Source of the DNA: the human T2T-CHM13v2.0 reference genome, Homo sapiens
Length of the DNA: 64,000 bases
Assembly: GCF_009914755.1 (NCBI RefSeq)
Contig: NC_060925.1
Direction: 5' to 3' (one strand)
The notes beneath the pieces are model-generated. The model had not been told where the DNA came from. It was given only the letters and a program-made list of their open reading frames with translations, and did not search any database. Both the position numbers and the translations under genes were made by a program. Positions within the stretch are counted from its first letter, which is position 1, and every line of letters starts with the position of its first letter. Positions 42,344 through 54,984 of the stretch are shown here, one piece after another.

Positions 42344-45300
42344 AAGTACAGATCCTTGACATAATTCCCTTACCTCTGCTGAGCTGTGAAATTGAACAAA
42401 GCTTATCTGCCCTCAACGTGCAATGGTGGGACAGTCATAGAATAACAATGCTAGTGATTCTTGTTCAAAAAGAGGGAAAGTGGAAGGAACAAAGTCACTG
42501 ACCCAAAACCATTTTGAAATGGGGCTGAGCAAAATCCAGCAGGAATTTCTTGATTAGGATCCACAGCCTGGAACTAACCCTCTGTGTGTGACATGGGGCT
42601 TTGCCTCTGGGCTCTGCATTTCTTTCTGTCTTTATTCAAATCATTTTATTTTCCTTCTCCTTGAACTCCTTTGGTTCTTCACCTTTCTCTTTATGGTAGC
42701 ATCCTCCCCTTAATCCTTGGTGCATCCTCCCTAGCAGAATTGGTCAGATATTGCCCATGTCATGGTCCTGACCATCTCCATGTGGGGCTGTCCTCGTGAC
42801 CCCCTGCTCCTTTGGGACCCTGTTCACTGACCTGACCTCTCTCAGTCATGATTGCTTTCAGCTGATCTGGCTGGCTTAGAAGAAAACCTAGGACTGTAGA
42901 GTCCCAGAACCAATCTCTGCCCTTCAAGAGAGGAAGAAAGTAACAGGGATCTTCATCAAGAAATGACCTACATGAGGGCCTGGACTCTCCAGCAGTTACA
43001 GCAGTTACAGCAGAGGAAAGTTTCTGAAGCAGAATGGAGGGGCTGAGATCCCAGGCTGGGAAAGCAGGATTGTGTCAAGCACTATTTAATCCTTATGTGC
43101 TCCCTGCCCCGATCTACCAGCCAGCAAATGACAACTGACCGCGTATAAATACTAGGACTACAGAACCGTGATAAAGGGTTTGTCCAAGGAAAGGCCCTTT
43201 CACTATTTTTGCTTTCACGGTGGAAATTGCTATTTTTGATCCAAAGTTTTCTGAAATGCAGCAGTGAGCTCCTGGAGGGTGAGTTAGGTGCTTTGGACAG
43301 GGAGGCTGAGGCCAAGGCTTGTGTGGTCGATTTGCTGCCACCATGTGGTGAGGCAGCCTGGGAGCGTCTTAGTCTTTCTTGGCTTCACTTTCCTTGTCAG
43401 TAAGGTAGGGGCTTATTGTTCCTCTCTGAGGTCCCTTCCTGCTGTGTTTTCTCTGAGTCTCTGAGGAATGGAGATGGTTTTTAACACTGCCCATGACCTG
43501 CAGCTCAGACCTGCCTCTGTGTGTCTCCTGCAGGAGCCTGAGCTGAGTCCACACCCTGGAAGCCCAGAACTGAGGGAACAGATGGAAGAAAGAAAGTCAG
43601 CAGGTTTAGGGGATGAGAATAACCACAAAGGACAAGCCATTGGTAAATGAAAACCAAAGAACGGGACAATAAGGACAAATTGGGTCAGAGGCTTCAGGGG
43701 AAATGGGAAATGCCCATCATCATCCAGACCCTCAGGGAGCAGTGGGAACTGAGCAGTGGGGACTGAGAGAGAATCTTACTCTCTTGGCTCAGAGCTGGTT
43801 TATAGTGAGGGGCAGCAGCAACTTCAAGAGGGGGAGGATGCGACCATGAGTCCCTGCCCCAGACCCAGGAGCCTTGACCTTGGGGCTGCCGTAGCAGTGG
43901 ATGCTCTTCAGGTCAGTGTGGGTTAGAGGGAATAACCAGGCTGGGAGAAGGTTTGGAGACATCCATTCTTACATTAAACAGGTCTGCCCTAGGTCACGTG
44001 CCAGAGTAAGTGTCCCTTGCTTGTATATGAAGCAGTGATACTAATAATCTTCTTCTGTCCTTACAGTTGAGGAAGGTTTCTCATAAATATTTATTGGGTA
44101 TTTAATTTTCTTTATATTGTGCTAAGCACTTGGGATTCAGATATTTAATGTCCCTCCAAAAGAACTCAAGCCAGTGAGGGGGAGAACACAAACAGATCAT
44201 TTCAAAAAATATGGTAGTTCTACCAAACTGAGGTGTTGTGGCAGCCCAGAGGATGGGAGGGTATGTCAAAGGACATTGCTCCTAATGACAGGGGGAACCA
44301 TAAGAGAAAATTTTTAGGACAGACCAGTCTTCCTCTAAGCTTCCACAGGGGAGGATCCTGGGGCATGGATGGTGTAAAGCAGGCGCCTCTCCAGGGAAGG
44401 GTATTTGCAGCATCCTGAGAGAAAGAGCATCCTTACAAGACATTTGGGACAGAAATGTAGGTGAGGGGATTGGAAGTTTGCAATCGCTTTTATTCAATCA
44501 TTGATGAACACTGCTGAGAGGTCCCTCTGTGCTGGGCCCTTAGCTAAGAACCATGAACACAGAGATGAGTAAAATAGGATCTCAACTCTCATAGAATTCT
44601 CAGTCTAGTGACTGGTGAGTCATGAGAATTGTAGTGATGGTGGGTTCATTGGAACCAGTGGCCCATGCCACATGAGATGACCTCAGTGGATGGCCTGGTT
44701 CCCCTTCTGGTTGTCTCCAACAGCTGGATGACCTGTCCTGGGCCAGTGACCCTGGACTTCAGCCATATTTCAGCATCTCAAGGTACAGTATGCCAACACC
44801 TCAGCTCCATGTTGAGTCAAAGCAGTTAACACAGCCAAGGTATTCAGAGGACACTAATGATAACAGTAGCTACTGACTATTTCCTGGCCAGCTGGGGAAA
44901 TAAAGAAGTAAGTTTAATAAGTCTTCTAAATTTGTCCTTGCCATTGTGATAAATAACTTTATCTTGACAATTAATTATATTATGGCAAATTAATTATAAC
45001 TTGCCATAATGATAAATAACTTTATCCTGAGTAGAGCAGCGACACAAGCCCTTCAGGACACATGCCTGAGGCAATGACAGTCTAACTTTGAAACAGTGGA
45101 AGACCTAGTTTCAAATTCAAGTTTGCTTTGAGTAGAAATTAACTTTACCTCTTTTTGCATGGCAATGGGGCCAATCTTCCTTAAGCTGCTCCTTAAAAGA
45201 AAAGGAATCATACTGCTAAGAATTCAGACTTCAGCAGACATGGGTAAGTAAGGAAGTCTTATAAATCTATTCTAGCCTCCTAGCAAGAAACCAGAAATTT

Positions 45301-45516
45301 AGCAAGTTCATTGATGTTCAGGACAGTTGTGTTCACTAGATCAGAGGCACTGAGACATGAAGAACAGACCCCCTAGTAAAAGGGAAATAATTCCTTCCTG
45401 TCTTAGGACACCACTGCCAACTTCAGGGAAGTGGGAAAACAGCTGCTCACTCTACAGTATGGGTTGCCTTTGTGTCTGGAATGTGTCTGACGTCCTGATC
45501 CCTGTGCCTATTTCAG

Positions 45517-48039
45517 GGAGCATTGGGAGGAGCCCGAATCACTGATGGAATTGAACAGTGCGTGGAGACGGTTCAGCAGGACAAGGGTAAGTGCGGGGGC
45601 ATGGCCAGGTCAGACAATGAGCAGCGCTGATGACAACAAACAAAGATAAAATCAAAAGTTTGTGCTTTGACTTCAAAAACTCAAACCAATAACTAATTTG
45701 CTCTTATAAGTAATAACAAGTATTTTTCTATTTACATGAGGATTTAATCTCAAAACAGAAATCATAAAAATATTAAGTCCAGGGCATAAAACCTAAACCA
45801 TAGCTTATATTTATTCTTTCTAAATAGAGCTAACAGTAAAATCTTCTTCATGAAACATAAATTGTGATTATAAAGAGGCAAAAGTCTTAGTGAGAATCAT
45901 TGGTATTCCATAGAAGAGTGAATTAAACACAGCAAAGGGAAGACCCAGGTCTCATACTTCTCTTGCATATTCCAAAGTTCCAGGGAAATTCCAGGTGATA
46001 GAGGTTATTTCCCATACTGTTAAAGCAAGGTTGCAGACACTTCTGAATTTTGGTCCCAGTACTCTAGGAGGGCACACCTCTGTCCTGGAAAATAATACAG
46101 GAAGGAATACTCTTCCCGTGACTCATTCTGGTCATTCTTCCAGCATCACAAAAACCAAAAAGTAGAAATATGGCCAAATACATGATTAGCTATCCCTCTT
46201 GTTCAGGTTTCTTAGCTGATTCTTATGGATAATAGCATTACCTTAAGGATTATGATGAAGATATGATGTCCAAATATGTGGACAGTTTTGAGCAAAATGC
46301 CTGGTATGAATTGGTCAATGAATAATTACTGAATAATTATATGAATATTTACTGAATATGGATCCTATGAATAATTACTGAATAATTGTTGTGATTGCTT
46401 TTATTGGCAGTGCTCAAAATTCATCCCTGTGTGACCTCAAGTAAGCCACATAACTTTGTGATCCTGCAGTTTCATCATATTTAACAGGAAAAAACTTGAC
46501 AGATTTTCATTCTGCCACAGAATGTCAGGTCTCCCAGACACCAGAAAATACATTGACTTAAAAAGCCTTTGATACATCTCAAAGCAGTATCCCTACGCAG
46601 TATAGTTGGAAGATGGTGGGCGCTGTAGAGAGGGATGCTTTCAAATGGGATTGATCCAGTCCTCCTTCCTTCACTTCCACATGAATGCTGGGCAGCCCAG
46701 GGTCACACCCACTGCACCCTCAACTCGGGCAAGTCCAACAGCCAAACTGAGGAGACCTGGGCTACAGAACAGTCTCTCAAGTTCCAGGCTCACAAAACCT
46801 AGGTGGGAATGAATGCCGAGAAAGTGAGGAGGTGGTTCAGGGGATCTCTCTCCCCTACTCATTCCTCTCACGTCAAACTCACCTTCTACTGCACAGCAAC
46901 ACTGAGGATCACCAAATACCAACTACTAACACCAAGACCATGACCTTGATGTTGCCATGTTCTGTTAGTGGAAAGCAACCACACATCAGTTGTGTTAGTC
47001 CAACTCAGAAAAATACTTATCAAGCAATATTCCATAAGAACTGCTCATGGCCCTGTTCTTTTCAATATATGGGAAAACTAAAGGAAAACAACAAAATAGT
47101 ATCAGGTTTGCAAGACTTCCCAAGATCGATGGTCACACGTGTTTTCAGGAGCTCCCTATGTAAATGATTTTGATCACTTGATACCTTGAAAAGAGCTCTT
47201 ATGGGCCCAGAATGACATCCATAAGTGACAAGTATGAAATGTAGTGTTCAGTCACATTAAAAAACAAATCATCCCACATAGAGGAAGAGCTTTGGATGTA
47301 GGAATGTCAAACTGGTCTTAAATGTAATGAAAAGCCAAGATGGTGCCCCAGTAAGAAAAAAGAAATCAACATAACAATGGGATGCCCCAAGAAGAATACT
47401 GAGACAGGAAAGAAAACATTTTTAAAAAATTAATTATTCATTCACTTTCTGGTGGATACAGAAAAAACTGCAGAAGACCCACAGGATATCATGGCAGTCT
47501 AAAAGTTTGATATCTTACACCGTGGAAAAGCCTTAAATTCTATTTTAACGTGAGAGAAGGTGGAGTGACTGACTTCATGACTACCATTTAGAAAATATAA
47601 CCTGTTGGGAAACTATTTCTGCCTTGATGATTTTATACACACAAGAAATGAACAATGAGGAAGATGCTTAGATGTATTGGGAAAGAGATGGGTCTGTGGC
47701 ATTGTCACAAGGGTACAAGGGTACACATATACTGAGAGTGAATGCTGAAGGGAAGGCCCCCATCGGTGGTGACCTCTCGTGTGACCAGGGCGCCTGTGTT
47801 TCAGCAAAGCCTGGGCAATTGGAACGCAGGGCTCCTAAGATTCCATGACACCCCCACCTTCTAATTCTGTTATTGCAACTGCAGACCGTTACCTGGCATG
47901 CTGGCTGCCACCTCCCTCACTCTTGTCAGAGTCTGAGCTACAGGCAGTGCCTTCAGCTCTGAGCTCAGGCGTCTCAAACCTTGTTTTTGCGATTAAGGAC
48001 TCTCAAGTGCTGTGGAGAGTGATCACGTTTTTCTCAACA
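45517..48039 (+). other. Candidate NBPF-type 5' UTR exons (45517-45586 and 47885-48039)
   Basis: tttcAG|ggagc...acaagg|GTAAGT and ctgcAG|accgtt...tcaaca|GTAAGC, directly upstream of the first NBPF coding exon. Confidence 0.55.
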
Positions 48040-48137
48040 GTAAGCTAAGAATTTTACTGACATCCCTCAGTCCTGATTAAACCTATTTGATTTCACCAGT
48101 TTTTAACCCATCATGTGTTTGGGTTTCTTCTCCCCAG

Positions 48138-51100
48138 TCCCTGGCTCCACCTCTTCTGCCACAAACATCAGCATGGTGGTGTCTGCCAGCCCTTCATCCA
48201 GTGTGAGAAGACAGAGATGAACACTGGAGAAATCAACAAGAAATTGCGCCCCCAGCCGGCAGAGAACAAACAGCAGTTCAGAAACATAAAGAGAAATTTC
48301 TTGTAACTCAAGTGGCCTAATTCCTGGCCAACCAGCAGAAGAAATACCGTAAGTTCGATAGGCTCACCATCACAAAAGTGAGGAATGATGTCCTGTCTTC
48401 TCTCTGAGAAACTAAATGCTCTCTCCATCAAAAATAATTTCATCTTTCCCGTGCTTCTAGGAAAATAGAAATGGGTATTTTAACATTTTGTTAGAAATGG
48501 AAGACAGAGGCAGAAAGTATTTAGCAACTTTTCCATGTTTGCAGTCAGGTGGCGGTGGGATTAGAGTTAAAAATCCCAGTTCTTGATTTCTGACACAGGC
48601 ACAGCACCACCTGTTTTCTCAGCAAGAGGCTAAATCATGTTACTAGAATCCTCTCTGTACCATAAAAGATTCTGCAGACAAGTAGCATCTAGTCTGTTGG
48701 TCTAAATATGTGGGACTCATGAACTTCCATTCAGTTCAAGTCTCTGTTGAGGCCCAATAGGCAAAGCTCTGTTCTGGAGACCCTGGGGGAAACATGGTGT
48801 TAGTACACAGTACCCGCACTGAGGAGCTTAAAGAGAACTCTGCTCCTAATAGAACCTGTGGTATCTATGAGTGACAGCATCAAGAGCAGGGAGTACCCTG
48901 GTGAGAGGGAAGTCCTGCTTCCTAGGGCACTGGCTCTTGTTCCTAAAAAGGAAGAAAGACGGCACCCAAGACTTTGTGGAGGTAGCATGTGTAGAGCAGG
49001 GACCCTGGGCCAGTGTCCTGGGCTCCACCCAAGTTGCTTGTCTTCTCTGTTCCTCTGCTTCTTCATCTGTCCATAGGGTACTATAATAATACCTACCTCT
49101 GCAAATTGCTGCAATGAATTACATGACCTATTTCTTGTAAACCTCCTGGAACAGTTGTTGGCACAGAGTAAACACTATTAGTTCTTCATTCTACTGTTTC
49201 TAACTTAACAGAAACTTGATTAGTATTTCGGCATATTTCCTTCATGGCCTTATGGTCTTATGCCTCATATTTTATGCAGTTTATCCAGATAGTATTTTTA
49301 AAATCTTTGACATAGTTGTGCTTGAAATTCTCAGTAAAAGGGAAACTGTCAGTCTCATTGTCCTAGGGGCCTTACCAACTCTACGGAAAATCACTTCATG
49401 GCCCAGTGCAGTGTTTACAGGAGAGGCTGCAAGCCTTGGGAAAATGGCCCAGGATTCAGAGTCAGACCTCAGGGGTTGTGAATTCGGACTCCACTTCGTT
49501 GTGATTGAATCATCTTGTCAACTTAGTTGGTGTGCCCTTGAGTTTCTCTTTCTTCATCTCTAAATTTTGGAGGATTAGATGCCAGAAAGTTGGGAGACCA
49601 AAGAGTAAAAATATGGAAATCCCTGCCTAGAGCCTGGTACTGGGGACAGTTTTGTCCTTGGGATGGACCTGTCTCCTGCCCTGTAGGCAATGACCACAGC
49701 AGCATGTCTAGCCTTCCACTGAGGCAGGCGCGTCTGTCTTTTCTCAGAGTATGAAGAATTCAAAGACCTCATAAAATCTATGCTGAGGGATGAGCTGCAA
49801 TTCAAGGACGAGAAGCTTGCAGAGCAGCTTGGGCAAGCTGAGGAGCTCAGGTGAGGCGGCCCCGTGGGGGCAGGCAGGTGGGCAGGTATGTGAATCTCTG
49901 AAGTACAGCAGCTCAGCCGGGAGAAATAAGAGCTAAGCTGGGCCAGGGGAAGGGCAGGAATTGCCATGGCAGGCTCACGACACCCAAATATTTATCAAAC
50001 AGAGAACAAGGATAATAATAAGTTATGAGTTGCAGTTGTTTCTCAGAACCTTGTTTTCTCTTTTTCAAACAAGTAACTGTTGAGGTGAAACTTGCATAAC
50101 GCAAAATTAACCAAAGGAGTGGGAACCACCCAGCAGCATTCAGTATACTCAAAATGGTGTGCCATCATCACCCCACTTACCCTTAGTCAGAATCACCTCC
50201 TGACGGACTGCGGCTTCTCATTCTTTCACTCAATCAGTGTTGCCTTCTCGACCCTGTCATTCTTTTCTTCTTTCGTCTTTTCAATTTGCCCCATCTGCAC
50301 CTAGCCTCATTTCTGTACCTGGCTTTGTATCTAGTCACCACAAAATACACTATGTGTATTTTCACATGGAAATGTCGATGGCCAAAGTGAGGAATTGAAA
50401 GGATGTCTTTTTGAAACTGATTTAGAAAGACCTACTTTTGTTTACAGAAGAGAAATATGAATGCAACATTGTCGAGGATATTTCAGTTGCACTCTCTGAT
50501 ATAGAGGAAGCCTGTAAAAAAAATTCTTTTTGTCTTGGCCACAGGCATTTCCCCAAACATGTGCTGACCTTCTGCTTGGAGGTCTCCTTGAGGACATTGT
50601 CTCAGAGATCTCTGTTGCAATATTAGAACTGATCACTCATCCCTTTCCATTATTAAATTTTCTCTACTGTCTCACCTTAGGCAATATAAAGTCCTAGTTC
50701 ACTCTCAGGCACGAGAGCTGGCCTGGTTAAGGAAGAGATTACAGGAAGGGAGAGATGCCTCCCGCTCATTGAATCAGCATCTCCAGGCCCTCCTCACTCC
50801 GGATGAGCCTGACAACTCCCAGGGGCAGGATATCTGAGAGCAGCTGGCTGAGGGCTGCAGGCTGACAGAGAACCTCATCCACAAACTCAGCCCAGGTAAG
50901 GTGGCCACAGGCCCTGATGACACAAAACCCCAGGCTTATGAGAGACTCCAGACCTCCATACCTCCACAATGACAGTTGTATTGGTGGTGTTTTTTTCCAC
51001 TAAACATATGTGGCCATGACATGACCAGGACTTCCTGGGTAACAACAGAGATGGGAAACCCATGGGATTGGTGGTCACAGTATTGTAAATGTCCCTCCTT

Positions 51101-52509
51101 CCTTGATGGAAGGTGGTCTTTGGAACAGGAGGCAGCATCTCTCCAGTTTTAAAGGACAAGAAGGAGGCTGTGACAGGAGGGCGCTTGTTAGAGTGAAAAG
51201 AGCTCTGGACTAAGCATGGAGGTTCCCAGGCTCTATCTTCAGCAACGTCCTTCGTAACTGTCGGTGAGTGATTGATTTATCCTTCCTGGGTTTCTCTCTC
51301 TCCATCTGCAAAGGCCGGCAAATTGTCTCTTGCAAGTGTCTTTAGCATTCAAATGTGGGAACACTTAACGACTGCTTTTCAAAATGAGATGAAGCTCCTT
51401 GCCGTGTGGTGTTGGAGAAGGCACTTGATGTGGGGGCATTTGGTGGTAGGAGTGCTTCAGACTGGAGTACTCTCCATGGAGAGAATGTCCCTGAATAACA
51501 CAGCAGAAGCCACTTGGTGGGCCTGTGAAGTCCCCTGATGGACAGAGGACTGTGGGACAAGTTTGTCCTCTCCTAAGAGAAAGAATTAGTTTCGAAATGT
51601 GAACTGTGACAGGACACCAAGCCTGTGCCTGGGAATCAGATCTGTGGCAGGATGGCGGAGACAGCTGCCAAAGTCCAGAGAGAGGCTGGACAAGTCTCCA
51701 GGGATATGGGGACCAAAAGATGTTTTCAATATTTGGCCACATCTTGATGGTGGCCCTCCAGATCAGAAATGCATTGCCTGATGGATTAGGAAACTGTGCC
51801 AGGGCATTTTGTTAAAGATAAAACATGAGAGCTTTCAGTTGAATGGTGACCCATGCCTAGATGTTCATGTGTCTGCACACATTGGGCTGACTATGCTTGC
51901 AGAATGTGAAGTGAGAAATATCTGAATGAACATTCCTGTATTTACAGAAAATGATGAAGATGTGGATGACGATGTTTACGTTGAGGAGGCTGAGAAAGTG
52001 CGGGAATCACGTGCCCCCAGGTAACACTGAATAATCAGGAGCAATAATGGGTGGTAACATATGAAAAAGATCTAGGAGGCACACTCTCTCTGGCGTCTAC
52101 ATTGGGCCAAAAGCCTGCATTCCCCTGGCCACAATATGTTAAATTCAACCCAGCTTAGACACAGGGTGTGGCAGCTGTTATGGTTCTCTGTGTGTGCTGA
52201 GTGTCATGTCTGTACCATACAGGGATAGCTGAGTCTCCATCCTCCTCAGCTCCTATCTGCCCAGTGCAATGAACACCAGCTGCTGTCTTCCTCTTTGGCT
52301 CCCATAGCAGCCATGCTCTGTTGCAGAGAGTGGAGGAGTGCCTGTTCCCTCTTAAAGGGAACCTCCTGTTTGCTTTCTGGGACCACTCTCTTATGCTTCC
52401 TGTCAAAACTAGCTAGGACTCCCTGAGGTCCAATCCCTCTCTGTTTAATCTTCTGTTATGTCTGTGTCACCTGGCTCATCAGGGAGGTGCGAAGCCTGAA
52501 GAGAAGGAA
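48138..52509 (+). pseudogene. NBPF18P: Unprocessed, 3'-truncated NBPF (neuroblastoma breakpoint family) pseudogene; exons 48138-48348, 49748-49850, 50681-50895, 51948-52020 and a stub at 52483-52509
   Basis: Exons read MVVSASPSSS/EKTEMNTGEINKKLRPQPAENKQQFRN.., [123 protein letters not shown]. Lesions: +2 nt near 48203, -1 nt near 48287, TAA 48318-48320, TGA 50835-50837. The symbol comes from my recollection of its position between S100A10 and S100A11. Confidence 0.92.
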
Positions 52510-52529
52510 TTGATGAAATGATCATACAG

Positions 52530-52565
52530 ATATGTATATTGCATATATCTATGCAATATACATAT
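52530..52565. repeat. AT-rich palindrome, 16-bp perfect arms with 4-nt spacer
   Basis: atatgtatattgcata-tatc-tatgcaatatacatat. Confidence 0.97.
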
Positions 52566-53012
52566 TGCATCAATATCCCATGATATTGCCGGCTCAATGA
52601 GGACAGAGTCCTCTCTCTATTATGATTTGGATTTGAAGGGAAGATGCCATGGGTCCTAAACATCGCAGCATGACCAGCGTGTGCTGCCCACGACCTGCAG
52701 TGCCATGGTCAGGTGGAAGTCATTTTACTTCAGTAGAGGACAGTGTTCTCTTCTGACCTTTTCCTCAGTGGCTAGATCTGTATCTCTCTCTCTCTTCTCC
52801 CATCTGCCCTCCGTTCCCTGCCCCGCTTTGTTTTTTCTCTCTGTTCCCACCCTGCTGGCCCCTTCCACCTGTTTTCTTTTCTTCAGCTTTCATCGTTCAC
52901 CCCCCTCTGCCCACCCATATGCCCCAGGCTAAGTCCCCTGCACATTCCTGGGGAGGGGCGTAGATGTGTATGGTTTTAGGCAGTGCCCTCTAGATGTGTC
53001 CGTGATGGGGAA

Positions 53013-53278
53013 ACATGGCTCAGCTGCCAGTATAATGCTTTAAAAGAGTGGCCACTTTTGAAGGCCTTTTACATCTAGGATCCTCTATGACTTAAAATAT
53101 ATGGGCCACATTGGAATTCCTTGTTCCCCAGGACCTTGCAGTGGATGCCTTCTTTCACTGAGCATTCACAGGGTGCCTATTAGGTGCCAGGCCCTGCTCT
53201 GGGCTAGGGGCTCCATTGTGAGCAATCCTCAGTTCATTGCCACATGGAGCCCACCTCTGCAGGCATCAAGAGGGTGGG
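53013..53278 (+). repeat. Copy B of the ~270-bp diverged direct repeat
   Basis: Colinear with 35773-36047. Confidence 0.92.
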
Positions 53279-54984
53279 GCCGTCAACCACATCTACCAGT
53301 GCTAAGCATCAAGGACAATGAAGGCTGAGAATAGCCTGCTGGATTTGGCTATATGGTAGGTAAGGACTTGTTTGATTCTGGGGAAAGCAATTTCAGCAAT
53401 GGGGAGGAGAAAGCAGCCTTGTTGCAGGGAGCTGAGGATGCTTAGTAGTGAGGAGATGAGGAGAACGGTGAGCTAGCATTTATGAAGCAACCTTTGCTTC
53501 CTATGTGATAATTACACTTTTCCCAACTTTCAGATTTGTGTTTCTTCCCTTGCCAGAAGTTAGTCTCTTTACAGACTGGACTTGCAACTTTCCGGAGTCA
53601 TTGTCTTTGCTTGCATTCCTACCAGAATCCCTAGTGACTCTGTGGATCATGTTTAATGATAATGTTGACACTAAGTCATTGTGAGGGTAAAATATGAATC
53701 TGGTAACAGAAACGTTTTTCTCGGTGGAGAGAGGTGGGGCCGGGAACCAGGACTACTGATGCTTCTCTCTGCCCCCACTGTCTAACTTTACAGGCAGCTC
53801 AAATCACTCAGAATCCAGTTTGCGGCCAGTGCAGACTTGCCTCTCCCTCCCAGTCTTCTTTCTTGGTGGTGACTGGGAGAGATTTAGGAGATTAGGGAGG
53901 GCCAAGAAACAAAGCATGAATTATCACGGTTGCTGCACAGGTGTGGTCCTCTCAGTCTCTCTGCCTGAATTCCCAACACATCTCTCACCAGGTTGCTGGA
54001 TGGTACAATAGGGTCATTGTAAGGTGGGTGGGTGCAGTGAGTCAATGAAGTCTTCCTGAGGTGCAGGGGGGCAGGGAGGGATCCTCTCCCCTATAGCCGG
54101 AGCTGGGTCACAAATTGGTGGTGGAATGCCCAGCTTCAGGGTCCATTTGCACGGCTGTATATTTCAATTATACACTTGGTTCTTTTTTTATATATATATA
54201 CTTTTGTTCTTGTTTTATGCATTTGATCTATTGCTTTATTTGACCATTTTAAACACACTCATGCTAACATCCTTCCAGATTGCTCTCCCTCTTGTTACTC
54301 AGTGTGAAGTCTCTAGTCTGTTGTATGTACTTGTCATCCCTCGTGTGCCTGTGAGCCTATTCTAAGTGTATTTATCTCCTGTGGACATCCTCCAAATGTC
54401 TGGAGGCATCTCCACGAGGTGGTTTTGCATTTGTCTAGGGTTTTATGGCGCTTACAACTCTGGGGTAGTTTTTGTTTTATTTCTTTAATAGCATGTGTTT
54501 GAACCCCATGCCTTCTGGGAACACAGGTGCAGTGCTCTGATTTCTCTCAGATGACTTTGCCTCGCTCCAGGGCTCATTCTGTGTCTTGAGAGGTGGTGGA
54601 CTGAGCTTTCCAGTCTCCATCAGTGACAGGGCAGCTCTTTAGCAGCTCTCTCTTTTCACTAAGAGTTCAGTTCTAGTTCTCCACCATGGCCTGGGCCACG
54701 TGGCCTCCGCTCTGGGGCACCGTGACAGCTATCAGTTCCCTTTGTGCTTCCGGCACCTGAATAATTCTCTTTCTGCCTTTTAATTGACCAAGTATTTTAA
54801 CTTTTTGAGGGGAAGGGGAAGATTCTATGTTATCCAGCATTATTTGCGGTAGGAAAGGGGCTTTCTATATCTGCTGCATACTAAATTTTGGCAGAAGTCC
54901 TACCACCATGGCCCAAATCTCCATCAAAAGAGATAGATATTTGCTTGATTTTTTTCTTCTTGTTTTTCTTCATTAAAAAAATGT

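Larger units (their letters stand above)
40901..42630 (-). mobile_element. MaLR (MLT1-type) LTR plus internal sequence, with nested MST LTR and Alu
   Basis: tagttttctgttgctgc...acattataacaagttagtggtttgaaaccacagaaat is MLT1-like and resumes after the MST insertion. Confidence 0.6.

Noticed and set aside
48173-52509. Intact protein-coding NBPF gene
   Set aside because: A frameshift terminates the first ATG after 15 codons (TGA 48218-48220); there are further stops at 48318 and 50835, and the Olduvai exons are absent.
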